Shown here in pieces: positions 1 through 12,590 of a stretch of DNA of 42,605 bases (position 1 is the stretch's first letter; each line of letters starts with the position of its first letter). Position numbers and translations under genes: made by a program. Below the pieces are notes generated by a model. It ran no database searches. It was not told the DNA's origin and was given only the letters and a program-made list of their open reading frames with translations. This stretch comes from Catajapyx aquilonaris. Taxonomy: Eukaryota. Where the stretch lies: the NCBI GenBank assembly GCA_000934665.2, contig JYFJ02003387.1, positions 1 to 42,605 on the forward strand, in the 5' to 3' direction.

Positions 1-124
1 CCCGGTGCAAAATGCCTCAGCAGGTGATAACGCCAGAACGTAGTATAAGTGTCCCTGGGCTGGTATGAGCATTCCACAGGCAGTGGCTTTAATTGCATCA
101 CCTGAGCTGGCCAAAGGACTGTTA

Positions 125-646
125 TGGCCTGGTTGCACCTGCCCCCGGAAATGTCTGGCCGAAGAAGAGCCCGGTTAGTTTGTTATTCATGGTTGTCAAC
201 AAATCTGTCAACAATGAATAACAAACTATCCTGGCGGGGGAGGTGTGGTGGCCGAGATGGTAACGTCTCGGCTTGCTGAGTGAAAGGCCCCAGGTTCGAT
301 CCCCGCCTGGGGAACTTCCTTTCACCTGCGTCGGGAGGGTCTCTGACCTGCACCAAGGAGGTGTCTGGCAACCTAGCTTCCTGGGGGACTGCACATGGCC
401 CAAAAGCCATAGGACAATGCACCTGCACAAGTGTCCCCTCCCCAACAATCCCTTTCCCTACCCTATATCCTGAACCAGCCCTTGCACGGAGATTGAAGAA
501 AAAAAAAACAGAAAACTGATGGTGGTATGCCACCCCCCTAAACGAGCTGAATGGCTCGAGCACGGGGTATCAATAAAAAAATAAAAAAACCTATCCTGGC
601 TCCTCTTTGGCCAGACAAATTTTCCGGGAGCCGGTGCAACCCGGCC
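125..646. mobile_element. PIF/Harbinger-like MITE interrupted by a SINE
   Basis: TIRs GGCCTGGTTGCACC / GGTGCAACCCGGCC, TTA on both flanks; internally palindromic once the SINE is removed. Confidence 0.75.
236..590 (+). mobile_element. tRNA-derived SINE (head type A)
   Basis: A box TGGCCGAGATGG 249, B box GGTTCGATCCC 293, A-rich tail, TSD CTATCCTGGC at 226-235 and 591-600. Confidence 0.88.
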
Positions 647-1428
647 TTAGTGAGTCAAGTGTGGAGTATAGCCATATTAATTCAGCCAAACTCAATTAAT
701 GTGTAGCAATTGCAATGAACCAATTTACCAGCAGTGTGAATAATTGTTTTAAATCTCATTATACGCTCCTAGTAACCGAATGTTGTGATTTGTGGGGATA
801 TGTTTACCGATTTATTGTCAGTAATTATGCAAGACATTGATGTTGTGTCGAGTATTTATAATGATTCTGGCAAACGTCTTGGATGAGTTCCTGGCCGTCG
901 GAAGATTAATTACGTAGAGGTGTCATTTTGTCTTGATAATCTTGTTATGGAGAAAGTGGTGACTAGATCATTTTATGTTGAGGTGCCATTTCAACAGTGC
1001 AAGCCTCATTATGATTGACACAGTTGGAGACTATGCTCAGTATGTTTATTGTCTAGAATGCATTCAGCCATACAATAATACTGACATCTGTTGCCTTTAA
1101 TTGTTAGTGACAATGTTGATATTGTTGACAGTTATTGTTACTCATTTTGATGTCATCGCTGTTCTGAGTCTGAATACATTATACGTAGGTGTACCGGACA
1201 TGATGGGCTTACAGTTTAAATTTTAACCACAATGTAACACATTTTAAATGAGAAAGGCAGGCTTGTACAAAGGCATTATACACTCGTAAGATATTTTATT
1301 CCTTAAATTTGAAGACTGTTATCTCATTGTATCATTACCCCACTTTTACCTTCATGTAATATGATCTGGAATTCACTCAGAAGTACGTCATTATCATTAT
1401 GGAACACCTCCGCATAACATCACAATAC

Positions 1429-2450
1429 CTACTATCCGTTTATTTAATATAGAGCCCTGTGTTTGACTCTAAACAACTCCCAGGCAAATTATCCAAAAAA
1501 TAATGGTATGTATCGTTAGAAAGCTTGTTTAAATCCACGTTACGTATTATATAGGAGTTGTTTTCCTATCGTCAGTCTCTAATTTTCTATCGTAAAAAGA
1601 AGGCGGAAAAGTGTCATTTTTTGACTAGTTGCCGATGTTACACCGCAAAGTGAATTTTTTATGACACTTTCAGGAGGCTTAAAAAATCCACCTGTGAACC
1701 CTGGATAGTGAACATCTTTGTCTATCTAATGATATATTTGAAACATTGGGATCGTCATTTCTGTAATCATGATTAAGTTAAATGCACACCTCTGTTATCT
1801 CGGCTGTTTATAATCCGAATTACTTCGCGAATGTATCGACGGTAAGCCAGATATGTGCGTGATATGATTACATTGTACTCTATTACGCTCAATTTTTTAA
1901 ACGTATTTAAAAGTATCGCCGTCTATTCCCACCAGAAAGCGGGCTGGGTCCTTTTCTATTAAACCCACTAAAACAATACTTTTAAAAGTTATAGTGTAAT
2001 AGAGCACAATGTAATCTTATCACGCACATTTCTGGCTTGCCATCGATACATTCGCGAAGTAATTCGGATTATAAACAGCCGAGATAACAGAGGTATGCAA
2101 TTAACTTAATTGTGATTACATAAATGGCGATCTCAATATTTCAAATATATCATTAGATAGACAAAGATGTGCACTATCCAGGGTTCACCGGTGGATTTTT
2201 TTGGCCTCCTGAAGGTGTCACAAAAAATTCACTTTGCGGTGTAACGTCGGCAACTAGTAAAAAAATGACACTTTTCCGCCTTCTTTTTACGATAAAAAAT
2301 TAGAGACTGACGATAGGAAAACAACTCCTATATATGTAACGTGGACTTAAACAAGCTTTCTAACGATACATACCATTATTTTTTGGATAATTTGCCTGGC
2401 AGTTGTTTAGAGTCAAACACAGGGCTCTATATTAAATAAACGGATAGTAG
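1429..2450. mobile_element. Foldback element of about 1 kb (arms about 480 bp)
   Basis: ctactatccgtttatttaatatagagccctgtg... has its reverse complement ending at 2450; arms match almost to the centre; TA|CTATCCG...CGGATAG|TA. Confidence 0.9.
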
Positions 2451-3563
2451 TTAGTTTTTGCAGATATGAAAAAGCATCTATTCTCTTTCAGCCTCATCCT
2501 GATGTTAAGCCTATGGCTTATGCTACTTCGTTACTCAGCCTGTTGTGCTAGTTCCTGAGAAGGTTCTAGTGAACTTTTGGTGGCATGAGGGGGCCAGTTT
2601 ATTCTTACTTCGTTGCAACGTGTTCTGATCCTGAATGCCAGAAGTGGGCCTTTTTTTCTGGAACTACGTAAAAGATGTTGAGAAAGTGTGTTGTATTTCA
2701 ACGGCAGGGAATAAACTCGACCAACCTCTATCTTGCTTTATTTTTATTGTGTTGCATATTCATTTTGTAAGCCAGTTGACCATGCTGTCAACATTCTGAA
2801 AACTATACAATTGTTACCTACGACTGTGAAGCTATTTGCTATTGGCTATTTGTTGGGAAAAAAGGATGCAAGAGGTCAATCATGACACATCTGAATTTGG
2901 ACAGACCTACAATCACTGCTGGAAGGATCAGGAAGACGTAATGAAGAGGACAATTCCAGCTGTCTTGTAATAGTATCATGTACAGTAACAATGGAAAGTG
3001 ATAGGAGGGCATAGAAAAAGACAAAAATGTAATGGTGCAAAATGTCATGCCTAATGGCATGCTGTGAAGCAGGGATGGTTCTAGCTACAGGCATACATTT
3101 TGACTTCCGTCACATACAGTTTTGTGCCTCTATCTTGTAATCTTTCTTTGTACTCAGGCATCCCTTGCCATCTGTGCCACACTTGCAATTTTATGTGTGG
3201 AGGCCATGTGCCAACATGTCCATTATGCATCTTCATTGATCTCCTTGTTGGGGGTTGGTGACTATGCTTCAAGCATTAAAGGTGACGTTATTTTATATTT
3301 TATGAGGGACATGATATTTTTTTACCATGGGGTGAAAGTTTACTAGCAAGTGTGCAATCTTTTTCAGAGAATTCCAACTCAACTACTTCAGACAATTTAT
3401 TGAGTGGCTGTCTTTTGAAACTGGCCAGATGATTTCAATTTTGGATTGGATGAACTCAAACTTCAAGTTGTCATGCTGGGTAGAATCCTTGTGATTATTT
3501 TTCAGGTGGGATAATAATTGTTATTAATAATAAAATAAAAATACTGATGTTTTGTTGACAGTT

Positions 3564-3789
3564 GAGTGGTCTGAGATCAAAAACGGCCATAAAATGAGCA
3601 AAAATTGATGATTACTTAACTTTCATTGGTACCGTCTTGAAACTTTTTACGTCCATATTTGCCACAGTTCAGCTACATACGCAAATGTGCAATTAATACC
3701 CAATTAAAATACATAATTGCTGCATGTACACTGTATTTGTGCTAGACCCCCCAGAGATGGACTTGGCCGTTTTTGATCTCAGACCCCTC
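3564..3789. mobile_element. MITE with GAG termini and 4-bp TSD (Sola-like)
   Basis: TIR GAG(T/G)GGTCTGAGATCAAAAACGGCCA; AGTT duplicated at 3560-3563 and 3790-3793. Confidence 0.78.
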
Positions 3790-3818
3790 AGTTATGAAAT
3801 TGCCAACTTATGCTCAAA

Positions 3819-4124
3819 CTAGCTGCGGCACCTGGCGTTGCCCGGGAAGAAATGAATGAAGGGAAAAGACCTGCCAGTACCCCCGTCGTCAACTGTCTGT
3901 CTTTCTGTGTGTCCGCCCACCAATGCCATCTGTGGTCCTGCTACTCCAACACCTTCAACCTCTCCTGCCTGTATAACGGCAACCGTCATTTGCCTGCCAT
4001 CTGTAGTCAACCCCCACACCTCCATCCTCTCCCGGCCTGGGGGTGGAGCACAGATGGCAGGCAAATGACGGTTGGCAGGCGGACAGACAGACAGGCTCAC
4101 AAACGGCTTTATTTTTATAGAAGA
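3819..4124 (-). mobile_element. Non-autonomous Helitron (Lep1-like), copy 1
   Basis: On the minus strand: A|TC start, (CTGT)n near the 5' end, GC-rich hairpin CCCGGGCAACGCCAGG, CTAG|T end; homologous to 10698-10941. Confidence 0.82.
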
Positions 4125-4454
4125 TGACCCAGTGATGAAAAAACTGATATAATTAGGCCGGATTGTGTCAATGTTTGTCACGTTATGACAGTGCATATTT
4201 TATTGTTGTTGGCCTGAAAACAGACCATCAAAACTTGACACATTAATTCAATCTGGATGCACAGTACACATCATCTGCAGGCTCTCTGGGAAAAGCTAAG
4301 TTATTGAATTTATGGAGAGATTACGTTGTGAGAGTTTGGCCACCTTTCACTACAATGCAGTGTCATAAAACTGACACTGGTTTAATCCTCGTCATCACCA
4401 CTGACTCCCACCCTCCCCCAATTAAAAGAAAACCATAATAATTGAATATAATAT

Positions 4455-4509
4455 ACATATTTTGTGTACTACTAGATGAACTATTCATCTAGTAGTATAC
4501 AAAATATGT
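4455..4509. repeat. Short hairpin, 26-bp arms
   Basis: acatattttgtgtactactagatgaa-cta-ttcatctagtagtatacaaaatatgt, one mismatch. Confidence 0.85.
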
Positions 4510-4669
4510 GGCTACCACTAATTAAATATTGACTATTACCTTACATAAGTGTACTTTATTATACGCGTGTGCAAATAGTTAGTATGTGCATCGGTTATCA
4601 GAAGTGGTTGAAAAGTGCGGTAAGAATCTCCCACCCGGACGCTCCCACCTGACTTCCTATTCTCATTAA

Positions 4670-5191
4670 CTCCTAAATCCCGCCGTTTTTCCCGCAAAAA
4701 AAAGCGGAAGCGAAACTCGAACGCTTAAGCACTGACCGTTGCATAAACTTAATTACGTCACGACAAAAGCGGGCTTCTCACTCGCATCACATTTCGGTTG
4801 TTAACAGTTAATTTTCCTATTTACGCAAGTTGCCTGATGTTGTAAATTACGCACATAATCTGTGCGGGGTAGTGCCTCCCACTCATTTCCATCAACCCCC
4901 GTTGCGTTCAGAAACTACGCGTTTGGCTAGTTGAGCTGAATAAACGAACGCACCCTTGACCAATTTTGGAGGAACAAAGATGGCGGTTTATAAATGAAAG
5001 TTCGCATCCGGTGATGTCACCCAGTCATCATCCAAGGCAGATTCATGCCAACTGAAATGCCAAGTGCGTGAACGAAGACTGAGTGAAGACGGTGGTGTTT
5101 TCGGTGTCACTGACCCTGGCTTCCCCGGCTTCTGATGACCTGTCGTACGTTGATGGTGACAATACGGCAGCTGTCCGGTACCAGCCTGCAG
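4670..5191 (+). promoter_or_regulatory. CpG-rich promoter-like region and candidate 5' exon ending at CAG|GTGAGT
   Basis: E2F-like TTTCCCGC 4688, GCGGAAG 4704, CRE-like TTACGTCA 4753, YY1-like AAGATGGCGG 4977, perfect donor at 5192. Confidence 0.5.
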
Positions 5192-6469
5192 GTGAGTTAG
5201 GCGCGACGACCTCGTTTGACCCTTCAATTTGAGCATGCTGGCCTGCTTCCGTTGAGTGCATTGGCGTGAATTAGCACAGCCAACCAGCAAAAATAATTAA
5301 AACCATGGTGTATTGAGACAGCTGAGGCTTACTCTTGTTATTTCTGGTACATCATGTTTTACAGTCACATTCAAACAGGTGGTAATGGAGTGTTTGAAAC
5401 TTATTGTGACATTAATGTACATCAGGCTTAAACTGCACAAATTAGTCATGAAATTTTAATGTCAATATCTCCAATGCTAGGGTTTTTTTATATTCATGGA
5501 TTTTTTGTTATTAAGGCACACAAATATCAGTTACAAATAAATGGCAGTGTTTAATAAAGCTGGCAATTGCAATTTCCTTTTTACCAATGATTTGGCCTTG
5601 GCATTATAATATGTTAACATTTTTTGACATGAGGCCATTTTTGTCAAGACAACTAGGTTGACCCAGTTATTTTACAGTTATGTTATGGCTTCTTGACACC
5701 TATTGTATGTTAGGTCATGAATCAAAGTATTAATTTATTTTTGTACTGTAACCCTTTTCTATGTCACAAATAGGTGAAAATAAATTTGTATATTATGATG
5801 AATGTTGATGCTTGTGTGTCATATTCACTCAAAAGCAGTGCCAGAATATCAAGAGTTTTTTCTTCACTTGAAACCACTTGACAGATTTATACGAACTTTA
5901 GAGATGGTAGGCCTATATATTGTGCAACCCTTGCAGATCTGCAGGAACATGCAGGAATATGAGAATAGAAAATGAAACTCAGTTTTTTCCTCTCTGCGTT
6001 GTGAGTTTTGAAAATTAGGGTTGGGACTTGTGAATTACAATTTTTCCTATTAAAAATTCCCACCACCCTGAACGGGATCCGTTTGTTGTCAGGCGCATGT
6101 AAAAAAAATTTCCATGACAAATTCTCAACTGGACTGGTCTGTTTTGAGGTGAAGGCACCCTCATTGACGGTGATATGGATAAGATGCAAAATGTAGTACA
6201 TATTGGTTGTGTAATCATGTCATAGTATTGATTTAATGGGAAGGAAAACAAGCTCAAATTAAGATAAGTTACTGATGCAAAAATTGGTATAAGTGATGAT
6301 AAGTGATGCTCATGCTATACATAGAAAATGCGGGGATTTTTCAGTCTCACAATGCCAGAGTGCTGCTCATTCATCAATGTGATTACAGTCAGTAAAAGTA
6401 AAATTTCATGCCTGATTTTTTTTGTGTACTTTTTTTGTGCTTTTTTGCTTTTTTTGCTCAGCCCTGTAC

Positions 6470-6662
6470 TTGCATATTTTTCACCGTAACATGATTTTAG
6501 TACAGTATCAGAAAATGATGCATTCCAAAAAATTTGACAAGTGTCAAAATTATGGAAATTTACCTCGGTTATTGCGGCATGCTGGCTACCCTCGGGTTAT
6601 ACCGGCATGCTAGTCGACCTTGTTTTATACCAGCATGCCACTTCAAGCGAGGTAATACGATA
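6470..6662 (-). mobile_element. Terminal fragment of the pogo/Tigger-like element family at 7504-8281, inverted
   Basis: Reverse complement of about 7502-7685. Confidence 0.7.
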
Positions 6663-6784
6663 ACACCATTGAAAATGGATAGTACATGCAGTGCCTGATT
6701 TACCCCTCCTTTCGCCCTTAGGCAGTTGATATCCGGCTTCAAAATTCAAATTTTTTAATTGTATTCTCGCCTTTATTCCATATT

Positions 6785-7474
6785 GTGTTCAAATGAAACA
6801 TAAAGTGAGGCAATATCTCAGAAGCTATTTGTCTCAGCTGAGTGCTAGTGGTATCTCTGAGTATGTTCTTGCATGGCTCATTTTCATGCAGAGTAGTTAG
6901 TAGTCAGTATGCATGTAGTGGACAGGGGATCATTACATGCAAGTCTCCCAGGGCTATGGATTCGTCCAATCATGCACGGCTCGCCATCATCCTTTTTCCT
7001 CATCAAGGAAGGAACTGCACCAGTAGACATTGTCCATTGGATGCAGAAGATGCATGGTAATGTCTGTTTCAACCCCAAGGCTCTCTTCAAAAGGTGTAAG
7101 AAATTTCTGTCCAGACGTGTGTGCATGGAGGACCTTTCAAGAGAACATTTCCTTAGTGGGTTTCTGCACCAAGGTGTTGTGGTTGAAGCAGGCTCTCCCA
7201 CACACCCTTGGCATCCAATGGAAAATGCCCAATGGTGCAGTTCATTCCTTGATGAGGAAAAAGGATGAAGACTAGTTGTGCCTGTTTGGACGAATGCATA
7301 GCCCTGGGAGACTTGCATAAAATGCTTTCCTGCCCACTACATGCATACTGACTACTAACTACACTGCATGAAAATTAGTCATGCAAGATGCAAGTGCCTC
7401 AGAGATACAACTAGCACTCAGCTGAGACAAATAGCTCCTGAGATATTGCCTCACTTTATGTTTCATTTGAACAC
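6785..7474. mobile_element. Mariner-derived foldback made of two 5' ends
   Basis: Inverted arms of about 190 bp; the spacer translates to the mariner N-terminal HTH (FLIKEGTAPVDIVHWMQKMHGNVC...CKKFLSRRVCMEDLSR). Confidence 0.85.
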
Positions 7475-7503
7475 GCCATATAATTTGATTTAAAAAATAA
7501 TTA

Positions 7504-8281
7504 CCGTATTACCTCACATAAAGCGGCATGCTGGTATAAAATGAGGTCAACCAGCATGCCTGTATAACCTGGGGGTGGCTGGCATGCCGCAATATCCGAG
7601 GTGGATTTCCATTATTTTGATCCTTGTCACATTTTTTTGAATACTTCTGGTATCGTACTGAAATTATGTTACGGTGAAAAAATTAGCGAGTGTACAAGAA
7701 TGTGAGAATGTGCAAGTCCATTGCACAGTGCCTAGCGTGTGACCAATCCTATCATCAGCCTGCTTTGACAGGGAAACCCCCTACTCCAATATATGGATCA
7801 GGGGAAACTAACTTCTCCAGTCTTTCACTTTGCTCAGTAGCTCACTGGTCGCAGGTCTCACTGGTTTCATTCTTAAGGCACACTGGTAGGTAGCTAATAA
7901 TAGCCTCATCAGTAATATTGATAAATGAAAGGGTTAATTTCGAAAAAGGGTATCTCCCAAAAAATCAGCGAAGTGGGGGATAGTGAAAGTGAGAAAGTTC
8001 CCGCTGTACTCTACAATGCACTGTACATACAGATTATTGCCATACACTGTAATTGAAAAGAACATACTGTATAATGTATTAGATTTGGAAAATATGCCTT
8101 TTCATGGATTTTGACTTCAGGCAAGTATCAAGTTATGAAAGACTAATGTAGTGAAAACCTCGCCTCACACCGGCATACCTCACTTACACCAGTATGCCAG
8201 TATAGCCACCAGATGACGGAATTTCTAAAATTTGGTCGACCTCGACTACACCAGCATGCCACTTTATGTGAGGTTATATGG
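7504..8281. mobile_element. pogo/Tigger-like non-autonomous DNA transposon
   Basis: TA|CCGTATTACCTCACATAAAGCGGCATGCTGG ... CCAGCATGCCACTTTATGTGAGGTTATATGG|TA, with subterminal GGCATGC repeats. Confidence 0.72.
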
Positions 8282-9724
8282 TAATTGCAACTTACGGCTG
8301 CCCCTGGAGGGCAGCCATTGTGCCTAATGGGAAATCCTGCGCTGAGTGCATGGAGAGTACCTTGTTGACAGGTACTGCCACCTCTGCGGCAGGCATTGGG
8401 TTTTGCTACACAAGATTAAATGTAAGGTTGTGACATGAGATGGCTTCCATTATTATCAGAATCGGCATGAGTCCCTTTATATCAGTGGATATGTAGGCTG
8501 TTTTCAGTTACAGGAATAGTGCCAGTAGAAATCATTGTAAAACATGAAGTACAAATGTGCAAAACAGGATGACAAACTTGTCCAAATTTGTTGTTCAATG
8601 TTCATACATACTCAAGCATTTCAATGAAAGTAATTTGTAGGTAGAGTAAAACATGTAAAGGATTCAATGGAAACTTGTCCTTTACAGAACATTGGTTTGA
8701 TACTCAAGAAGGATTTTTATTGTATATTCTTGTCCTAAATAGCAAACCTATTTATAGGGTCAAAATCCTTAGTGGAACAGGGAAACACATGATTGCCTGG
8801 CTTTACTGTATTATTTGTCTTTGTTGACTGTAAATTTTTAAAATTTTGATATATTGCTTGAATTGGATATAAAATTGTAATGTGTCAAAAGTAAATGAGA
8901 ATAATTTTTTATAAGTACTAGCGCCATTTCAAAGCACACGAAGAATTGCTATGCACATTAATTTTTCACTCTGCACACTTGCCATCATAATTATGTGAGT
9001 GTAGAATGGAAAGTTTAGAGCCCACTTTTGGAGAGATTTTTTGTCATCATATTTTTAATTGGCACTGAAAATAAACAAACCAACTGCAGCCGTGACTGTG
9101 ACATACCATTCCCCCTCTACCCTCCTCTGTGGTACCCAAATAAGCATTATTGAAATCTATTACTGACTGTTGAATTACAGGCAGGCTGATAAACACAATT
9201 GCCCACCCGTGATGAAATAGACCAATGTTATGGTATTGTTATTGTCATTAAATCATAAAATGTCACATAATAGTAACTAGTAATAAAAATGATAATGGAT
9301 ACCATGTGGTAGCCCTGTGAACTCTTGTGAATTTTAAATTGCTAGGCATGATTCATTATCACTTCATTGATAGTGGATTTTGAGAGTGAGAGGAACGTGT
9401 AATAATCCTAGAAATAATCCTCTTCATCACTCCCACCTTCCTCGTGAGTCGTGAAGCCACCTTTGGGTGTAAAGTGGCTGTCTCAGTCACCATTACTTAG
9501 AGAAGCAGATCAATTGGATACTCCCACATTACCATGGCATTTTATGGCCCACTTGAACACATGATTCATTCTGCAGTGTCTCAGGCCAGTCACATGTCCC
9601 AATGGATAATGGTATCCAAGAATTTCGTACTTGGTACACTCGGGACTGCGAGGGGTCATGAAATCGATTCGGATTCAAGGGACCAGCGCGGGATTCATTA
9701 TGAATTCTTAATTCCTCATTCTTA

Positions 9725-9851
9725 TGCCTGGTTGCACCAACAAAATTACCGGTCCGATAGCTCCTAATGGACGGATAGGTAGACCTTTTAACATGTGCTA
9801 TCGGTCCGTTAGGAGCTATCGGACCGGTAATTTTGTTGGTGCAACCAGGCA
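9725..9851. mobile_element. 127-bp PIF/Harbinger-like hairpin MITE, copy 1
   Basis: TIR TGCCTGGTTGCACCAACAAAATTACCGG, TSD TTA; related copy at 40613-40739. Confidence 0.9.
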
Positions 9852-10697
9852 TTAATGTGTCAATGCCCCCCAAATAAAAAAATAAAAAAATATAGGTATA
9901 TAAAATAATCAAAAAGACAATAAAAGAAAAGAAAGAAGATCGGATACATGCTACTGTGTATGATCAAGAGCTGGTGTGATGGTGTATGTGACGGAAGAAA
10001 TTGTTGCGCCAGATCGTCATTTTACGTATTAGACTAGAGGGTTCGGCATAGGCAAGAATTGAGATGTTAAATGTATCCGACCGCACATGTGCTTGTTCCG
10101 AGTGTTGGTGGCATTATTTCTTCATGCAGCTACTGGTACGGTACTATTCAGGGAATTTTAACAGCCCGTAGCTTTCTAGTCCCCGTTCTTTAGAAAGTAT
10201 AGAGTATAGCTGACACCAAGAATGGTGGCATTATTATTTGACTTGTAAAGTGTAAACGGAGAATTTATCCCCAACTGATGGACAGAAGTGTAGTCCATAT
10301 ATAGTGGCTGTGCATCCGACTGTCATTTAGGACGTCCTTTGTTGGATTCACGATTCGGGCCATTCCGTCCAAGATTTTTGTGGCTTTTAGTGGCCGTGTC
10401 TAAGCGAAGGCTACCAAGGTATTATTTTCAGTATAGTCACTTTCACCCTCTGTATACAGGGAAAAGTAACATGAGAAAATTGCGATAGATCATCTGGAAC
10501 AACAACAACAACTTTGAGAGGGTTGCTAATTGGACGAAGTTCAGTATTCAAATATACTGTATGCCTATATGTGAAATTCGAGTACCTTATACCTGTGCAC
10601 AACCTAGGAGGCTCGCAAAATATGTTACGTACTCGATGTACACGCATTTTCATACCCTTGCCTAATGAACCAGACGTCTTCAACTATATATAGGCTA

Positions 10698-10941
10698 CTA
10701 GCTGCGACACCCGGCGTGGCGTTGCTCGGGAAGAAAGGAATGGAAAGCAAGCTGAAAAGCACAGGCAAAAAAACAACAACATGTAATTAAGAATCTTAAT
10801 TAAAGGAAGGCCGGGTCGGAAGGACGGGAGAGGTTGGAGGTGTAGGAGGCGGACCACAGATGGCAGGCAAATGACGGTTATTGGCGTTCCAGGCGGACAG
10901 ACAGACAGACCGATCACAAGTTACGGTTTTATTTACATAGA
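10698..10941 (-). mobile_element. Non-autonomous Helitron (Lep1-like), copy 2
   Basis: A|TCTATGTAAAT start, CTGT repeats, terminal hairpin and CTAG|T on the minus strand. Confidence 0.82.
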
Positions 10942-11004
10942 TATTCGTCAGGAAAACATTCGATTTCCGATGTAGTTCTTCCGATTGATGTTATGCAGCA
11001 GGAA

Positions 11005-11343
11005 GGGAAGTGGAGTCACTCTGCGGTAACGTATGCGCCCACGGATGCTAAAGTCCCGGGATCGATCCCAGACCGGGATTACTCCCTTCATCTCGTGCAG
11101 AGTTAGGACGTCTCTGGCTTCGTCTCGGGTGGAATCTCCGAAAGACATATCCACCCGGGGGAGTACACAAAATGTACCGCATGAGACATTGCACTTGCAC
11201 TTTGTACATCCCCTCCTGTCATCATGCGTGGGCCCGGGCGCTTCAATGAATAGGCACCAAAAATGTAACATCGAACAAATAAAGGTCCGTGTGATATAGG
11301 GCCTACCCCCATTTGGGGGTGAAAGCACTACCCCAGGATTATT
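11005..11343 (+). mobile_element. tRNA-derived SINE (head type B), degenerate copy
   Basis: About 220 bp homologous to 26997-27215, decayed A and B boxes, degenerate TSD ATGTTRTGCRGCAG(G)AAGGG at 10988 and 11344. Confidence 0.82.
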
Positions 11344-11400
11344 ATGTTGTGCGGCAGAAGGGCGGCTCCAACTGACTATTATCAAGAGCTTGATATTATA

Positions 11401-12261
11401 CACTCTTGTTCTGTTTCCACTTATTGTCAGAAGTGAATAAGGGAAAATTCGTTTTTCCGTGTACATAATAAGGGGAACCTACGCCTTTTCCACTTAAATC
11501 CACCCTAATTTCCTCTTAAAAGGTGAAAAAAATCCAAGGCCATGGGGCAAATCGTATGGGAAAAGTTGAACCATTTGGATTTGGCTGAAACTTGGTCAGT
11601 TGATAGACCTTGACCTCAGGGTCAATTGTACTGAAGGCCGAAGAAAATCTACCATGCCACTTGCCCGATAGAGACGCTCAAAGTCGGAATTTCAGTCATC
11701 TCCTATCGGGCTCATTTTCATATACAGTATTTAGTAGAGTTTCATGAGCTGAGTCAGATGAGCCATGTGGCGATTTTCTGTATCAAACCATTTGGCAGTT
11801 ATTGATATGTTGCACTTATAATCCCACGGCTCATTCCAGCTGATGAAACTCTACTAATATGTGAAAATGAGCCCGATGGGAGACACCTGAAATTCCGACT
11901 TTGAGCGCCTCTAGCGGCCAAGTGGCACTAGATTTTCTTCGGCCTTCAGTACAATTGACCCTGAGGTCAAGGTTTATCAACTGATCAAGTTTCAGCCAAC
12001 TGGCTCAACTTTTCCCATAAGATTTGCCCCATGTCCTTTCCACTTATTTAAGTGGAAGCAGGTGGAAGTGATTCCGCTCTTTTCCATTTAAAACCGTCGC
12101 CGTCATTTCCACTTAAAATGGGTGGAAATGCATTTTGCCCCACATTGAGTGGATATTTCGGGCGGTTTTAAGTGGAGCATAATTATGTCATTTTTCCACA
12201 TATAATAGTGGAAAAAATGATTCGGTTTTCCCCACTTTCTAAGTGGAAATTGAACGAGAGT
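11401..12261. mobile_element. MITE with TTCCACTTA subterminal repeats (CACTA/EnSpm-like), host of a nested foldback
   Basis: TIR ACTCTTGTTCTGTTTCCACTTA vs TAAGTGGAAATTGAACGAGAGT; many TTCCACTTA/TAAGTGGA repeats on both sides of the insertion. Confidence 0.6.
11536..12038. mobile_element. Foldback MITE with AAGG termini
   Basis: aaggccatggggcaaatc... / ...gatttgccccatgtcctt; arms over 200 bp; TCC on both flanks. Confidence 0.88.
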
Positions 12262-12590
12262 CGGAGCCGCCATTCTGCCGCATGACATCAACCGGAAGAA
12301 CTACCTTCAACTTCAATAGCGCCATTTTATGAAACTGAACGATAGTAGCCTACTGTAGAGTCATCCCTCGCTTGTAGTTGGCTATATTTGTTTTATCTTT
12401 GTGGTCTTTCACAATCAACCACAAGGATCGGGGGGAAATATCTGGTGGAGCGGAACTCGACAGTAGCCAGTATTGGCCTACTGTAATATTAATTAGATGT
12501 AGATACAGTAGCTATCAGAGATGTATCAAAATGTAATGAAACATTCCTGCTCTCTCAGCATGTTAGCGTTTGGTTTGAGGTACAGTGACC
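12262..12590 (+). promoter_or_regulatory. Proximal EML promoter / 5' UTR region
   Basis: YY1-like GCCGCCATT 12266 and GCGCCATTTT 12319, ETS-like CCGGAAG 12292, directly upstream of the candidate first exons. Confidence 0.5.

Noticed and set aside
236..312. tRNA gene
   Set aside because: A and B boxes are present, but the sequence continues into a body, A-rich tail and TSD, so it is a SINE head. The same applies at 26997.
2839..3346. Cluster of short ORFs suggesting a neighbouring gene
   Set aside because: No domain similarity or consistent exon boundaries
4133..4217. C/D-box snoRNA-like GTGATGA...CTGA spacing
   Set aside because: No terminal stem and no recognisable rRNA guide; such motifs are common by chance
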